DNA of 64,000 nucleotides from Diplonema japonicum (lineage: Eukaryota > Protista > Euglenozoa: Diplonemea). Below the pieces are notes generated by a model. That model saw only the letters and a list, made by a program, of their open reading frames with translations, had not been told where the DNA came from and did not search any database. A program made the position numbers and the translations under genes. The stretch is from NCBI GenBank assembly GCA_964019335.1, contig OZ025740.1, positions 1-64,000 of the forward strand. The letters are read 5' to 3'. Below are positions 42,940 through 55,138 of this stretch, in pieces; position 1 is the first letter of the stretch, and the number at the start of each line of letters is the position of its first letter.

Positions 42940-43545
42940 ATGAGTTAAAGGAAGTCTTTGTGAGACGCCCCCTTGTTCTCATGCTCTACCTGCATCTATC
43001 CCCCTTCAGCAGCGGTTTCTCCTTCTTCGGTGGTCGTGCCGGCCTCCTCCCCAGCTTGGCTACTTTTTCCCTTCTTTCCTTTCCCCATTGCTTCCCCAGC
43101 TCCTCCAGGTCGTACTTGGTCTTCGTTGATGCAAAGATTGCTCTTCTACTCCACCCGATCACCGCCTTCGTCCCTCCGATTGATCGCAGCGTATGTACTC
43201 TTTTGCATGGTTCAGCAGGGAAGGCCCTCCTTCCTTTCACCTTCTTCTGCAGTCTCCCTAGTTCCCATGTGTTCCACACCTTCTTCATCACCGTGTGCAG
43301 TCTCCTGGCCTTCTGTCGCACCTCTGCCAACTCCCCTAGCTTCCCTCCAAGGGATTTCTGGGTCACGTTTTCGAAATCCAGCGCCAGCTCCACCGTCGAC
43401 ACTGCCGTGCTTCTGTTCCCTCCATACCAGCGCAGCTGCTTGTCCTCCTTGGCCGCTTCCCTCGGGAGGATGCCATGGAGCCTCATGCATGGTTCTAGGC
43501 CTGTTCGTGTCGTGCCTGCATGTGCCTCCCGGAATAAAATCCCCA
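42940..43545 (-). mobile_element. 5'-truncated LINE (C-terminal domain plus 3' end); the same 3' end recurs at 51500-51557
   Basis: LHGILP..LRW..VSTVELALDFE..FPA..IGG..IGWSRR is homologous to 56580-57281; GGAAGTCTTTGTGAGACGCCCCCTTGTTCTCAT is shared. Confidence 0.7.
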
Positions 43546-44214
43546 GGATCAGCACGGGGAACGTGTACCAAAAACTGAGCAAAGAAATGTGGACGCCCAC
43601 CAGAAAGAAAGGTAAAGGGTTCTCAGAAATGTGATCTCGGAGAGAAAAAAAAAAAAAACAAATAGCGCTTCTACCACCAAACCCTAGTATTTGACAAAAG
43701 CGGAAAAAAGGTCAAAACGTAGTAAAATACAAGAGATGAAGGAAATCGCGTCCTGCACTGTCTTGATTGCAGTGTCGTCACCCTGAGCATCTACAATACG
43801 TTGGCGCTACCGGTGATGACTGACGAGGAGGTCAACAGCGAACAACGCAATAAAAGTGAAAATGGCTTTTTCTTTTTTCTTTCTTTCTTTTTTTTTTTTT
43901 TTGATTTCTTAATTTAAATCTGAGAAATTACTTCACGGTGAACTTATACCCTGTCTCCCGTGCTGTAATATCCTATACTAATGCCTCGTTCCCCTGGCCA
44001 ACCAGCCGTTTTGCCCAATTTCTGCCCCTCGGTCAAGAAATGACTTTACCGTCTTCAGTTTCGCAATTTTACAGGAGCTCAATGTAATTGGTAATTTCTG
44101 CCCAAATTATGCATGGAATAGGAATAGATACGATCACTCGCACCACAACAACGGAAAAAAAAAGAGAAACAAAAGAAGCTATTATGAAACAAAGAAAAGA
44201 AAACTCTGATTTAT

Positions 44215-45924
44215 TTACAGCGCACGGGAGCAATCATTGTGCGAGGTACCATTTCCAGATGACTCTGCAGAGACAATGCTGAGCTCCAACTTGCCCTCAG
44301 CAAAAGCCACCATCGAAGGCCTCTCCCTCTTGATCCTCAGGACACGAAGCGCTTCTTCTGCATCCCCCTTCAGGAACTGCTTTCCTGCCATGTTGTACGT
44401 GTCCCAAGGCCGCTCCTCAAGCTGGTACATCCACTCCTCATCTTTCTTTTCTTTTTCATTCTTCTCACCGCCTGCAAGCAACACTTCATAGCAAAAACTC
44501 CGCTCAAGGGATTCGGCCATCTTCCCATTATTCAGAATGATGCGCAGGTTAAAGGCATACGACACCTCTTTGAACACAGCTTCGCTGCACACAATCTCAT
44601 ACCTGTCCGACCTGGCAAGGTCCTGGAGCACAGAAGCAACCACCACAGGGGTCCCGATCATCCCGACGGACATCAGCTCTGAACATCCAAGCGAGCCGCA
44701 GAAGGCGGTCCCGCTCGCGACACCCGTCACAACATTAATCCCATTACTCTTCATGAGGGTACACAGGTCCATCGCCCCCTGGACAGCGTTCTTTGCATGG
44801 CCAGCACACCTTTTCATAGCATTAAACGAGGCGTGCACGTGGTCACCGACAACCACCCCGACAACCCCCATCACATGGGAGTACGAGGTCACCACCGCTT
44901 CCATGAAACATCTGAACGTCTCTTGATAGGCAATGGCGTCCTTGGACACCTCCCTGTGCGAGCCCAGCATGTTTGTCACCGTGAAGCTGCATTGCTTCCT
45001 TTCAAGAACTTTCAACTGATTATCGACAGATGGCAGTGACTCCAAGGAGTCTATGTTGCGGGTGCTCTTTGGTGTCGCAGGCTGATTTTCGCTTTCACTG
45101 CTATCAGTGAACTCCTCGCAAAAGCAGGACTGGGGGAGGTAGGGGCGGTACACGTAAAGGTTTGAAAGGATCTTGCTGAAGGCGTCGTGGAGGGGAGGGG
45201 GGAGGGAGGCGGTTGAGATGATGCCCTCTGCCTGTGCGAGGTCGAAGCGGGACAGGGAGCTGGCGATCCGTTCCGTGGCGTCGATGGCTTGGTTCATCTT
45301 GGCGTGCTCCTTGCGCAGATTGTACGCGAAACTACGAGTGAAGTAGAAATCGAGGAGCGTTATGCTGCATTGATCAATGATAATGATAATGGACTCACTT
45401 ACAGACTGTTTGCAAGGAAGATTATCACAGTCAATAACTTCGCGGCGATCCTCTTGTGATGGAAGGACAGAGAGGTCGTACAGCCCAAAACGGAAAGAGT
45501 TTTCAAAAGCGGTTACGACAAACCATAAGACGAGCATGACAATGAGATTCCTCGTCACACGGGGGAGCATCTTGCAGACAAGGCAGATATCAACTAATAG
45601 AACGAAGTAAGGCCACACCCTGCGGGAGGCGAGCTTCGCAGCAAGATACACATCTGACATCAGCAAACTAACAGCAGCACAATACAGCGCAGCCTCAACT
45701 ACGTTGTGCCGTATTTTCTTCTCGATTACAATGTGCATAGGCACTGCGGACAGACCTGCTATCAGCATGATCCGCCGTAAGTAGTAAGCAGGTTCCAGGG
45801 GGTCGGTCACAATACTCGCAGAAAACCCAACTAAAGCTGTGATCGAACCGATGATCAATAGTTTCTTGTTCCATGCAGTCTCCGGGTCATCAGTGGGGAG
45901 TATTGGTGAACAGCTGCAACCCAT
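44215..45924 (-). CDS. Membrane protein with a degenerate class III cyclase-like domain
   Basis: Multi-TM N-terminus (RFGLYD, CDNLPC), linker LYVYRPYLP, GDHVHASFNA..GVASG..CGSLG, EEWMY. Confidence 0.75.
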   Translation of the reverse strand: MGCSCSPILPTDDPETAWNKKLLIIGSITALVGFSASIVTDPLEPAYYLRRIMLIAGLSAVPMHIVIEKKIRHNVVEAALYCAAVSLLMSDVYLAAKLASRRVWPYFVLLVDICLVCKMLPRVTRNLIVMLVLWFVVTAFENSFRFGLYDLSVLPSQEDRREVIDCDNLPCKQSVSESIIIIIDQCSITLLDFYFTRSFAYNLRKEHAKMNQAIDATERIASSLSRFDLAQAEGIISTASLPPPLHDAFSKILSNLYVYRPYLPQSCFCEEFTDSSESENQPATPKSTRNIDSLESLPSVDNQLKVLERKQCSFTVTNMLGSHREVSKDAIAYQETFRCFMEAVVTSYSHVMGVVGVVVGDHVHASFNAMKRCAGHAKNAVQGAMDLCTLMKSNGINVVTGVASGTAFCGSLGCSELMSVGMIGTPVVVASVLQDLARSDRYEIVCSEAVFKEVSYAFNLRIILNNGKMAESLERSFCYEVLLAGGEKNEKEKKDEEWMYQLEERPWDTYNMAGKQFLKGDAEEALRVLRIKRERPSMVAFAEGKLELSIVSAESSGNGTSHNDCSRAL

Positions 45925-46027
45925 ATTCACGCCCTCCCGCCTTTTGCTTTTTTAGAAGAGAAGAAAAGAAATAATAAATGAAGTCTTTATGGTACGGTAT
46001 CATACAACATCCTGGAAAGGATGATCA

Positions 46028-47737
46028 TCACACACTCATATCTAGCTCTTCGGTCAGTAAAGTTAGTAGCCCCACCTCCGCAGAGGCCACCACAGAGGTC
46101 CTCTCTCTGTCAATCTTCAGGACACGAAGCGCTTCTTCTGCATCCCCCTTCAGGAACTGCTTTCCTGCCATGTTGTACGTGTCCCAAGGCCGCTCCTCAA
46201 GCTGGTACATCCACTCCTGCTCTTCCACCTCCGTTGCTTTATTGTTCCCGACCTCGAGCACTTCGTATGCAAGTCCCTCTGCGCCTTTCTTAACGATAAT
46301 GCGCAGGTTAAAGGCATACGACACCTCTTTGAACACAGCTTCACAGCACACAATCTCATACCTGTCCGACCTGGCAAGGTCCTGGAGCACAGAAGCAACC
46401 ACCACAGGGGTCCCGATCATCCCGACGGACATCAGCTCTGAACATCCAAGCGAGCCGCAGAAGGCGGTCCCGCTCGCGACACCCGTCACAACATTAATCC
46501 CATTACTCTTCATGAGGGTACACAGGTCCATCGCCCCCTGGACAGCGTTCTTTGCATGGCCAGCACACCTTTTCATAGCATTAAACGAGGCGTGCACGTG
46601 GTCACCGACAACCACCCCGACAACCCCCATCACATGGGAGTACGAGGTCACCACCGCTTCCATGAAACATCTGAACGTCTCTTGATAGGCAATGGCGTCC
46701 TTGGACACCTCCCTGTGCGAGCCCAGCATGTTTGTCACTGTGAAGCTGCCCCGCTTCTTCTCTAACGCCCTTTTACTCAGGCATATCGAGCCGCTCACAA
46801 CGCTCTCATTATGATGACTCGGCCCGTGTGACACTTCTTCGTCTTCCTCCTCCTCTTCTTCTTCTTCTACATCTTCTACTTCTTTTTCATCGTCTTGTCT
46901 TTCAAGATAGACGCCCTGGAGGCAGGACTGGGGGAGGTAGGGGCGGTACACGTAAAGGTTTGAAAGGATCTTGCTGAAGGCGTCGTGGAGGGGAGGGGGG
47001 AGGGAGGCGGTTGAGATGATGCCCTCTGCCTGTGCGAGGTCGAAGCGGGACAGGGAGCTGGCGATCCGTTCCGTGGCGTCGATGACCGTCAACATCTTGG
47101 CGTGCTCCTTTTGAAGGCCGTACGCAAAGCCACGTGTGAAGTAAAAGTCGAGAAGGATTACAACGCAAGAATCAAAAATTCTTTTGAGCACAACCATCAG
47201 ACTTGACTTGCAAGGGAGCTTCTCACAGTCGAACTGCTCACGCCGTTCCTCCTGAGACGAGAGGAAAGAAATATCGTAGAGCCCGAATCGAAATGCATCT
47301 TCAGCGGCAAGAAAAAAAAGCCACAATATCAAACAGATGGCTAGGTTCCTTGCCACACGGGGGAGCATCTTGCAGACGAGACAAACATCAATGAGAAGGA
47401 TGAAGAAAGGCCACGACCGAGCATGGTCCCGCTTTGAAGCTGCTAATGCATCGGACATCAAGAAGCTTACCGCCAATGCGTACATGGATGCCTCTACTAT
47501 CTTGAAGCAAATACGCTTGTTAATAAGCAAATGGCTTAAAGGGGCTAGTGTGGCAATAAAAGGAAGCAATCGCCTTGATGTGTGAAAAGGATCCAGGTTG
47601 CCCAGAATCAAAGTCGTCCCGAAACCCAACAAGCATGCAATGCCCCCTACAACCACGAGCTTCTTTCTAAACACAGTAGCAGGGTCATCTGTTGGGAGCA
47701 GGACACGGGAGAACAATGGGGCGCAGCAACGTGTCAT
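46028..47737 (-). CDS. Tandem paralog of the cyclase-like membrane protein
   Basis: Same architecture; cytoplasmic part nearly identical to that of 44215-45924. Confidence 0.75.
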   Translation of the reverse strand: MTRCCAPLFSRVLLPTDDPATVFRKKLVVVGGIACLLGFGTTLILGNLDPFHTSRRLLPFIATLAPLSHLLINKRICFKIVEASMYALAVSFLMSDALAASKRDHARSWPFFILLIDVCLVCKMLPRVARNLAICLILWLFFLAAEDAFRFGLYDISFLSSQEERREQFDCEKLPCKSSLMVVLKRIFDSCVVILLDFYFTRGFAYGLQKEHAKMLTVIDATERIASSLSRFDLAQAEGIISTASLPPPLHDAFSKILSNLYVYRPYLPQSCLQGVYLERQDDEKEVEDVEEEEEEEEDEEVSHGPSHHNESVVSGSICLSKRALEKKRGSFTVTNMLGSHREVSKDAIAYQETFRCFMEAVVTSYSHVMGVVGVVVGDHVHASFNAMKRCAGHAKNAVQGAMDLCTLMKSNGINVVTGVASGTAFCGSLGCSELMSVGMIGTPVVVASVLQDLARSDRYEIVCCEAVFKEVSYAFNLRIIVKKGAEGLAYEVLEVGNNKATEVEEQEWMYQLEERPWDTYNMAGKQFLKGDAEEALRVLKIDRERTSVVASAEVGLLTLLTEELDMSV

Positions 47738-48808
47738 GTCAAAAGCCAACCCCCCCCCCCCCCCCCCCCCGGATTCCCTCTTTTTTTTTGAAGAAAAAAA
47801 GGGAGAAAAAAAAAAGGGGGGTACTGTAATCTGGTTAGGAAAAAGAGTAATAAAGAGAGGGAGGCGGGAGGGAAAAAAAAAAAAGAAAATTGTCCCCTAA
47901 TCATCGAAAGATAGTGTAAATTTGTTCATCATTCGATTTGTTTAGGGGGGGGAGGGGGGGGGGGGGGGGTTGTGATGTCAAAGAAAAAGAAAAAATAGCA
48001 TAATTGCGCACTTTTTTTCAAAAGCATGCTTTCCTTCCCAGCCTTCGCCACTGTCTCAAGGTGGGGGGGGGGGGGGGGGGGCTGTGACATCCATAAGCAT
48101 GAGCATGACCGGTGCACATCATTATGCTTTTTTTTTTTTTAATGCTAGCATTCTTTTTTAAAAAAAAGAGAAAAAAAAAAAGTGTGGGGCAGCCGCAAAA
48201 TGAAGGGGGGAAAAAAATGGATGGGCTGCTGTCAATAAATAAGAAAAAAAAAAAAAAAAAGACGAGTCGCACTCTGGGTTATTAAATCCCGTACTGTTAA
48301 AAAAAGCCACTTTAAAAAAAAAAAAAAAAAAAAAAAGAAAGAAATTTGATTTTTTACGTGAAGGTGACGCAAGTCAAACGGTGCCCAGTACCACCACCAG
48401 GGACGTTTATAGTCAAACGATAATTAGAGTGAGCTTCCAGCCTGTGCGGCGCCACCTCTCCGATTTGGTTTTACCCCTGTCTGTGTGCCTGAGTGACAAG
48501 GTTTGTTTTGTACCATTAATGCCGCATGAAATGACAAAGGCCTTTTAAAAAAATGGAATATTTGGTTCGTGATGTGTTATGGACAACCTTTAACTGGTAG
48601 CAGTTTTTATGAGCTAGCTCTGGATTAATTCTATGTTCTTCTAAAACTGAATCAGGTGATGCCGAAGACAAGTCATTGTTGACATTCCTTTCAGTCTGAC
48701 TTCACTTGGTGAAACCTGTTAACTTCTTATATTTCCATGTTATCCCCACCACCTGAAAAAAAGAAAGAAAAAAAAAAAGTGAGTGAGCTCGAAATGTACA
48801 GAGAGAGG

Positions 48809-48841
<33 letters not shown>

Positions 48842-49496
48842 TCTTTTCAATTTCTTCTCTTTTTTTTTCTTCTTCTTTTTACGGTTCTTTCTTCTTTTTC
48901 TTTTTTCTTTTCTTGTTGTTTTTTGGGCAGGCTCAACTTTCTTTTTTTTTTCCTCGACAAGAAAGGGAACTTATGCCCTGTGAGGAAAGTTCGCCGCCTT
49001 TTTTCTTTCCAAAATAAAAGCTCAGTAATACTTCTTTTTTTCTTTCCTTTTCATTCTTTCTTGTTTCGGGGGAGTCACCGTGCCTAAAAAAACTCGAAAT
49101 TATTCGTGTTTTCAGAAACACAAACTTTCCGCCGCTATTTTTTGGGGGTTCTTGTGGACTTCTATATCCACAATTCTGAGCGGGTGTGACAGAACCGGTA
49201 CCTGCAGCAGTCCTCTGAGAAAGAAACGCGTTTCCTTAAGTATCTGGAAAATAAGGAAACGGATACAAAAACGTTTCCCCGTTCTTGCCAACATAGCCCT
49301 GGGGGGGGGGGGGGGGGGGGGGGACTTACCCGCCAAGTGCCTTTTCTCGTCCGGTTTTCAATGTGTATAAAAAACTTTTTTTATTGTACCGAACCTAGAA
49401 TATTCTTATGCTAAAAAGTACCACCACCCCCCCCCCCCCCCCCCCCCCTTTTTCTTTATAGGAACAAGTCAGCTTTTGTTCAAAAAAAAAAAAAAA

Positions 49497-51380
49497 AGAG
49501 ACATTTAAGGGTACCTGCGGTATGTGGCAGGACGCCTGAAGAGTCTCAATCTATCTCTTGATCGAACCTTTCTGCTGTGGTGTGGCCTTCGGCCCCTCGT
49601 TCACCCTCCTCGGTACCGTATAAAACCCTCAACCGAGTTGGTAAGGACACAATAGTTGTACAGTTGTCTGAAGCACTGCGTCCTAATCCTGGACTCATGA
49701 TTCCTGTAGTTAGTCATGTTTGCAGAAAGCAGCACCAGTTCGTCCGGGTCGGCGGGCCCCGGGTTGGGGTGAATGTCACCATGTGAGGAGCCTCCTACGG
49801 GCTTCGCCTGCAATCGATTTCCTCGAGCGCTTGGCAATGTATCGGCAGCTTCGTGGCAACGCCATCGGCCGGCAGCGGGAGTATAATGCGCCGTTGGAGG
49901 GAGCACCAAACCAGTCGGAGGGTATGCAGCGTGGGCTGAGGAGTGAGAGCGTCGAGGGTCATCCCGTCCAGCGTGATCAGTGTGACAAGCGCGAAAAGGA
50001 AGAGGAGCAGGGGACTCCCTTTGGGATGGAACGCGCGCCCTATGCGGTTCGGCTTGTCCTCGACTGTCCATTCTCTGATTGAGATGGAGGTCAGGTTGTC
50101 TGCACGGCGGATGACGGGGTTGGAGGGAGCCTCCTCTGCCCTTGCCAGCCCCTCCCCGGCAACCGGCTGAGCTTCTTCACGACCCATCCCTGCATCCTGC
50201 AGTCGTCGATGATATCGCACTGGTGCCCGGCCCCCTCGATAACAAATTTCCTCCCCACCTGATCCTCCGGCAGGAAAACAGCGCCAAGGGACTGTATCAC
50301 CACGTGTCGAGCAGTGCCTGGTGGGAGCATGATCGCCAGGCCGATGGGAGTGACTGTGAGGGCTACGCGGAAGCTAGAAGAGGTCCCGGTGAAGGTACGG
50401 GGAACATCCCGCGGATGGATCGAATCTTTGAGCTGGATGACTTCCAATCGCTCTTCGGGGAGTGCGTGTGTCCAATACACATCGTTGTCTCCGCTGCCGC
50501 TGAGGAGGCGGGCGGCGTGTTGCCAGTCCACGCGCACCCTTGCCGTCGCACGCTGTGCCGTCCTCTCCACCCGCCAGACGTTGCTCCTCACGACCTCGTA
50601 CACCCCCTGCTTGTCCCTTGCTGCTAGCATGGCCATCCTGGCTATTGCCTCCCCGTCCGACGTCTTCGCCCATTGCGCGGCGGCGCAGAACTTCTTGGCG
50701 ATAATCGCCACGGGACAACGGACCTGTTAGTCCTCGTTTGGGGCTTGTCGCCGTCGGCCATCACAGGGTCGTAGTGCTCGCCAGCAGTCCAGAGGGCCTT
50801 GATGCCTCTGCTGGTGGGGGTTGCAACTTCCCGAGCGGCCTCGAACAGGGTTTTCGAGACGACACGGTAGTCGAGCTCGAGACTCGCCAACCTCGCCGCC
50901 AGGACTGCGGGTTCGGGGCAGTCGAAGTAGATCCCTTTGACGAGTGGCTCAGGGACCTCGTAGAAGATGGGCGCACCATTCCAGTGTTTTGCGTCCAGTG
51001 GTCTTTGGAGGGGGGCCTCTCAGCTTGTCAGCCCATGAAGAGGTTTCAGGCTGCTTCTGCGGGTTCGTCCTGGGTTTGATAGGCCCACCGACCGTCTTCC
51101 ACTTCCCGGCCTTCTGTTGCTGCGGTTGCTGTCGCTTGGCTGGGGTCTGCTTCTGCCCCTGCTGTTGCTTCTGTCCTTGCATCTTTTGTTGCTGTACCTG
51201 CTGTTGTTGCCCCTGCTGCTGCTTCTGTTGCTGCTTCTGTAGCAGCCCCTGCTGTGGCCGACCGCCCTCCATCAGCGTCAGCACCATGCCGATGAGGCGC
51301 ACGCACTCCTCGCTCCACGCGCCTTGGCCCACCAACCTCTCTGCCCTGTCGAGCATCTCTCCGATCGTCTTCTTATCCAT
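49497..51380 (-). mobile_element. Internally deleted, frameshifted LINE: ORF1-like region, 2A-like motif, first strand of an AP endonuclease, then a putative 3' end
   Basis: Overlapping ORF pieces 50949-51380, 50642-50890, 50091-50711; GDIHPNPGP at 49780-49754 followed by LVLLSANMT; terminal AGAGACATTTAAGGGT.CCTGCG..GGCAGGACGCCTGA also at ~33374-33417. Confidence 0.6.
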
Positions 51381-52299
51381 TTTGGTAGGAAGAATAATTA
51401 TTTTTTATAAATGTATTTAAATATTTTATATTTTATTATTTTTATTCGTTTTTTTTGTTGAGTTTATAGTATGAGTATAAAAAAAGAAACAATTTAAAAT
51501 ATATGAGTTAAGGGAAGTCTTTGTGAGACGCCCCCTTGTTCTCATCTTCTACCTGCTTAAAAAAAAAAAAAAAAAACTAGTTTAGCATTTCATTTGTTTG
51601 TGAGCACGACGCTGCCATCAACTAGTTTTTTTTTTAGTCTCGACAATATAATATTGTTTTTATAAAAAAGAAGAAGAAAAATTTGATAAATTTCGGTGTT
51701 GCTCACCGTTCAGGGAGTTCAGGGAGAAATTCACACTAACCGGTCACCGTTCTGCGGTTGCTGTCTGGTGCCTGCGGTGGCTGTTTGTCGCGATGAGATG
51801 GACGGCATCTGGGCGAGAAACATTGCTTGGGGTCGTGCTAGGTAGGGGGCGGTTTGGCTCGAGGAGAAGAGTGGTCTCCTGTTGTAGCCGTGTGTCGTCG
51901 GGCCCCCAAGATGTCGAAGGGTGTGTACCCTTGTCTTTGCGTTGGCGGGGAAAGCATTTCTGAATACGTTCTAAGATGTATCGTATGAAATGAAGAAAAA
52001 AAAAAAAAAAACGAGGGGGAAAGATTGCAAAAAAAGAAAAAAAAATAATTCTTTATGACTATATGTCTTTGTTGTTCGCACGAGCAAAAAAGATTTTTAA
52101 AAAAGCTGCGAAAGTTTTTTGCTCGGCACAAGTTGCATATAGTTATAAAATCATTTTTTGAAAGATAAATATTTGTAACAAAAATAATTCTTTATGACTA
52201 TATGTCTTTGTTGTTCGCTTCAGGACCCTCTGGGACCGCGGAACGCGGTGCCGTAACGGCGGGGCCGTGGAGGCGTCTCTCACTACAGGAAGTGGCCTG

Positions 52300-53230
52300 A
52301 TCTTGCCCCCGGGTGCGTAACGCCCCGCGTGAATGGGTCTGCCTTCTGCTCGCGTGTGGAAACCCACTGGACGTGGAGATGCCTGACGCTCCTCTACGAG
52401 AGTGTATATGTCAGCAATTATCTTATTTCCCATGAAGCTAGATGACAGCCCCTTCCGAATCGCGTACACAGCAGGCAGGTTGTCGACCATCAGCGATACC
52501 CTGCAGCGGGACCCCCCACGGAGGGCCATGAAAGCTCCTTCCCGGGCTGCCGCTAGTTCCTTCAGGAAGATGTGACGTGCTTCCCACCGTCCGCAGAACT
52601 CTCCCTGCGTCACGACTCCCTCGGGGTACACCTGCTGTCGCCGACAACCTTCGTCGTTTCTTCAGCCTGCAGAACCTTCTCTACCACGGAGCCATCCTGT
52701 ACCGCGCGGACACAAGATCAAAAGCAAGCCCCAAAGCCTCGAACTCCTGGTTTGGCAGCCTCGTCGAAGTGCAGGTCCACCCCGACCTTCTCGCACCTCT
52801 GCAAAAAGCAACCGAATTCGGGTGGTCGATCTTCACTTTCCTCAGGACTCCGTAATCTCTGAGCGTCGGGAGGTGGCGAAGCATGCCCCGCGATGTGCCC
52901 CTCAAGTACCTCGGAGCCTCCATCTCTGTCAACGCCCCTTCCTTCAGCGCACCCCGGAAAGCATGTTCACAGCAGATGACATCGACGACACCGTCAAGGA
53001 TCCCACGCTCGTCCAACTCTTTGAGGGCAGGGACACTGATCCTGCTTCTCGATATCGCCGCAATGTCGCCGTCTGAACCCCGCTGGGCAGGAGGCGGGAC
53101 GCCAAACAAACGCGGTTCTGCGTCATATCCAATGAAGGGGTCAGCCGACGGGAAAGTCTCGAAACCGTCCAAAGGGTCGTAGTCAGCACCCTGGCCGACC
53201 TTGGCGGAACTGCGGAAAAAAGAAAAAGGG
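52300..53230 (-). pseudogene. RT/RNase H remnant lacking the RT catalytic core
   Basis: LRDYGVLRKV is followed within ~30 aa by EFEALGLAFDL, with no YxDD; RNase H motifs HIFLKELAA..VDNLPAV..KGLSSS..KADPFTR. Confidence 0.75.
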
Positions 53231-53234
53231 AATT

Positions 53235-54230
53235 TCACCTGAGCAAAGAAGAGGTCTTTGCAGTCGCCCTCACTGTGTGTACCTCGGCCTGGGGGAGGTA
53301 CCGCATCAATGCCGTCGTCGATGAGTGACGGGAGACAGCCCGCAATTCTTCCAGCGCAGCCCCCCTGCGCATTAGCGTGTGGAGCGCGCCCCTGCGAATG
53401 GAGTGGGCCGTGAGGCCTTTCGAAGCTTTGCCCATTGCTCTGTTCACGTGGGGGGTATTTCACACCTTCGAACAGGAGGTCGTCCGGCCCAGCCTCCAGC
53501 AGCGTGCGTCCGATGTAAAGTCTGGTCCTCTCCGAGACGGCCACCCCCGTCGTGATGCCCAGTCGAAAAGGGTCCGACTTGGTGTTGGACCAGTTCACGG
53601 CGATGTGTCCCGGCAGACCGTCACGTCCTTGCACTTCAGGCGGATGACATCCGAGCACCTGGCCGCCCCATACCAGGCGAGTTCGAGGACGGTTCGAACC
53701 TTCTCGCTCGATGTCTTGCGCATTGCCCTCCGAAGCTGTATGGGAGTAGCAGGAATCGCCTGCTTCTGAGGCCGCAAAGCCCCTTGGCGCCGGAGGCTGC
53801 GTTCGAAATCTCGGAGCGCTCTGCTCTGAACGGGGCCCTCATACCTGGCTTCGGCTGCCCTGATGTTCACGCAGTACTGTAGCGCCGACTGCACCTTCAG
53901 GTCGTTCAGTGTCATCAACTTGGTGACGAAAAGGATGATGGCCCAAGGAGTGGAGGGGACGTCCCAGTTCTTCCTGAACTCCAGGAAACGTCTGTAGACC
54001 GACGTGATGCTGGCCCAGTGCTCGCTGAGGGCGCTCCTCATGTGCCGGCCGGCTTCCCGCGAGACCCTGACCTTCTGCTTCGCAGTGAGCGGGAGTTCGG
54101 TGACTCTCGGCCTTCCTAGCGAGGGAACATTGTTTGTTTGTCGAGAGGGAGAGAGAGGAAGAAAATGTGAGTTTGGATAAGGGGCGTGGGGTACGTGGGG
54201 TGCAGGGGGAGAGGCTGTCAACGCTGTCAT
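53235..54230 (-). pseudogene. Tyrosine recombinase with two frameshifts
   Basis: AARCSD, TKSDPF, AHSIRRG, SRH, MRYL give the R-K-HxxR-H-Y catalytic set across three frames. Confidence 0.88.
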
Positions 54231-55138
54231 TTCCTGCGCCGATCCCTCGATCCAGACCTGCCTCCTCTGCGGGATCTGTCCTCGTTCTCCCCGGACGCCC
54301 TGCCTTCCCTGCGGCTTTTGCCTCCCTTCATTGTAGCGCTGTCCGTGAGCTTTCGCTTCCTGCGTCGACGGGTGAGCTCTTCGGCCAGGCGTTCTCCCTT
54401 TCTCAAAAAAGTAGGGACCGACTGCCCGTCGAACGCCTGCTGGATCGCGTCGGCGGCCTCCCAGTTGTCCCTGCTGCCCCTCTCTAGGGACTGCAGGCGG
54501 ACGATGGCTCGCTCGGCGAGGCGGACAAGCGTTGAGTTTAGCTCCACCGGGTCTTGACAGCCAATGGCCATTACGATCTCCTGCAGGTCCTTGACCCGCA
54601 TGCCTGCCTCCCAATCGTGGGGCCCGACGGTCAGCTGCCTGTACTGCATGGCGATGTTGGCCACCACCATGGGGCGCTCGCCCGGCTCTAACCACGCCCA
54701 CTTCGACGGCTCTAAGGCTTGCAGACCCCATAGCGGTGGGGGAGCCTGAGTGTCGGGGTTGTCCTGTGGTGAGTCGTCGGCGCTTGGCTCGTCGCGAAAA
54801 CCCTCCGAGTCCGCGGAAGACTGCGAGGCTAGGCGTCTGCGCCTTCCGTCGCGGATTCCGGGGAGGTTGACCCCAGTCGTACCCTCGGCGCTTGGCCCTC
54901 GATCAGCTCGGTCGGCTGAGAGTTCCAGCCGATGTCCCGACCCAAGGTGCGAACTCTCCACCCGGTCCCTAACCGTGGGGAGCAGCTCGGAGATGGCCCT
55001 TTGAACGGCCTGCTCGACGAGCCGGTCGACCCTGGTTCTCTTAGGGGTCGCCTCACTCCGGCCTGGCGTCTGGCACGGAGGCGGGGAGGTGGGTGATCCA
55101 ACCCTCTCTCCACCCGCTTTGGCAGTCTTCGGCGGCAT
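54227..55138 (-). CDS. Gag-like ORF of the YR element
   Basis: First ORF after repeat A1 (MPPKTAK..), basic C-terminus; assigned by position. Confidence 0.6.
   Translation of the reverse strand: MPPKTAKAGGERVGSPTSPPPCQTPGRSEATPKRTRVDRLVEQAVQRAISELLPTVRDRVESSHLGSGHRLELSADRADRGPSAEGTTGVNLPGIRDGRRRRLASQSSADSEGFRDEPSADDSPQDNPDTQAPPPLWGLQALEPSKWAWLEPGERPMVVANIAMQYRQLTVGPHDWEAGMRVKDLQEIVMAIGCQDPVELNSTLVRLAERAIVRLQSLERGSRDNWEAADAIQQAFDGQSVPTFLRKGERLAEELTRRRRKRKLTDSATMKGGKSRREGRASGENEDRSRRGGRSGSRDRRRK

Noticed and set aside
48565-48705. C/D snoRNA-like boxes (GTGATG..CTGA)
   Set aside because: Imperfect C boxes, opposite strand to the gene cluster, and no rRNA guide recognised.
49085-49305. Possible DNA-transposon end (TTGCCAACATAGCCCTG)
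   Set aside because: No matching opposite TIR or TSD found in the window.
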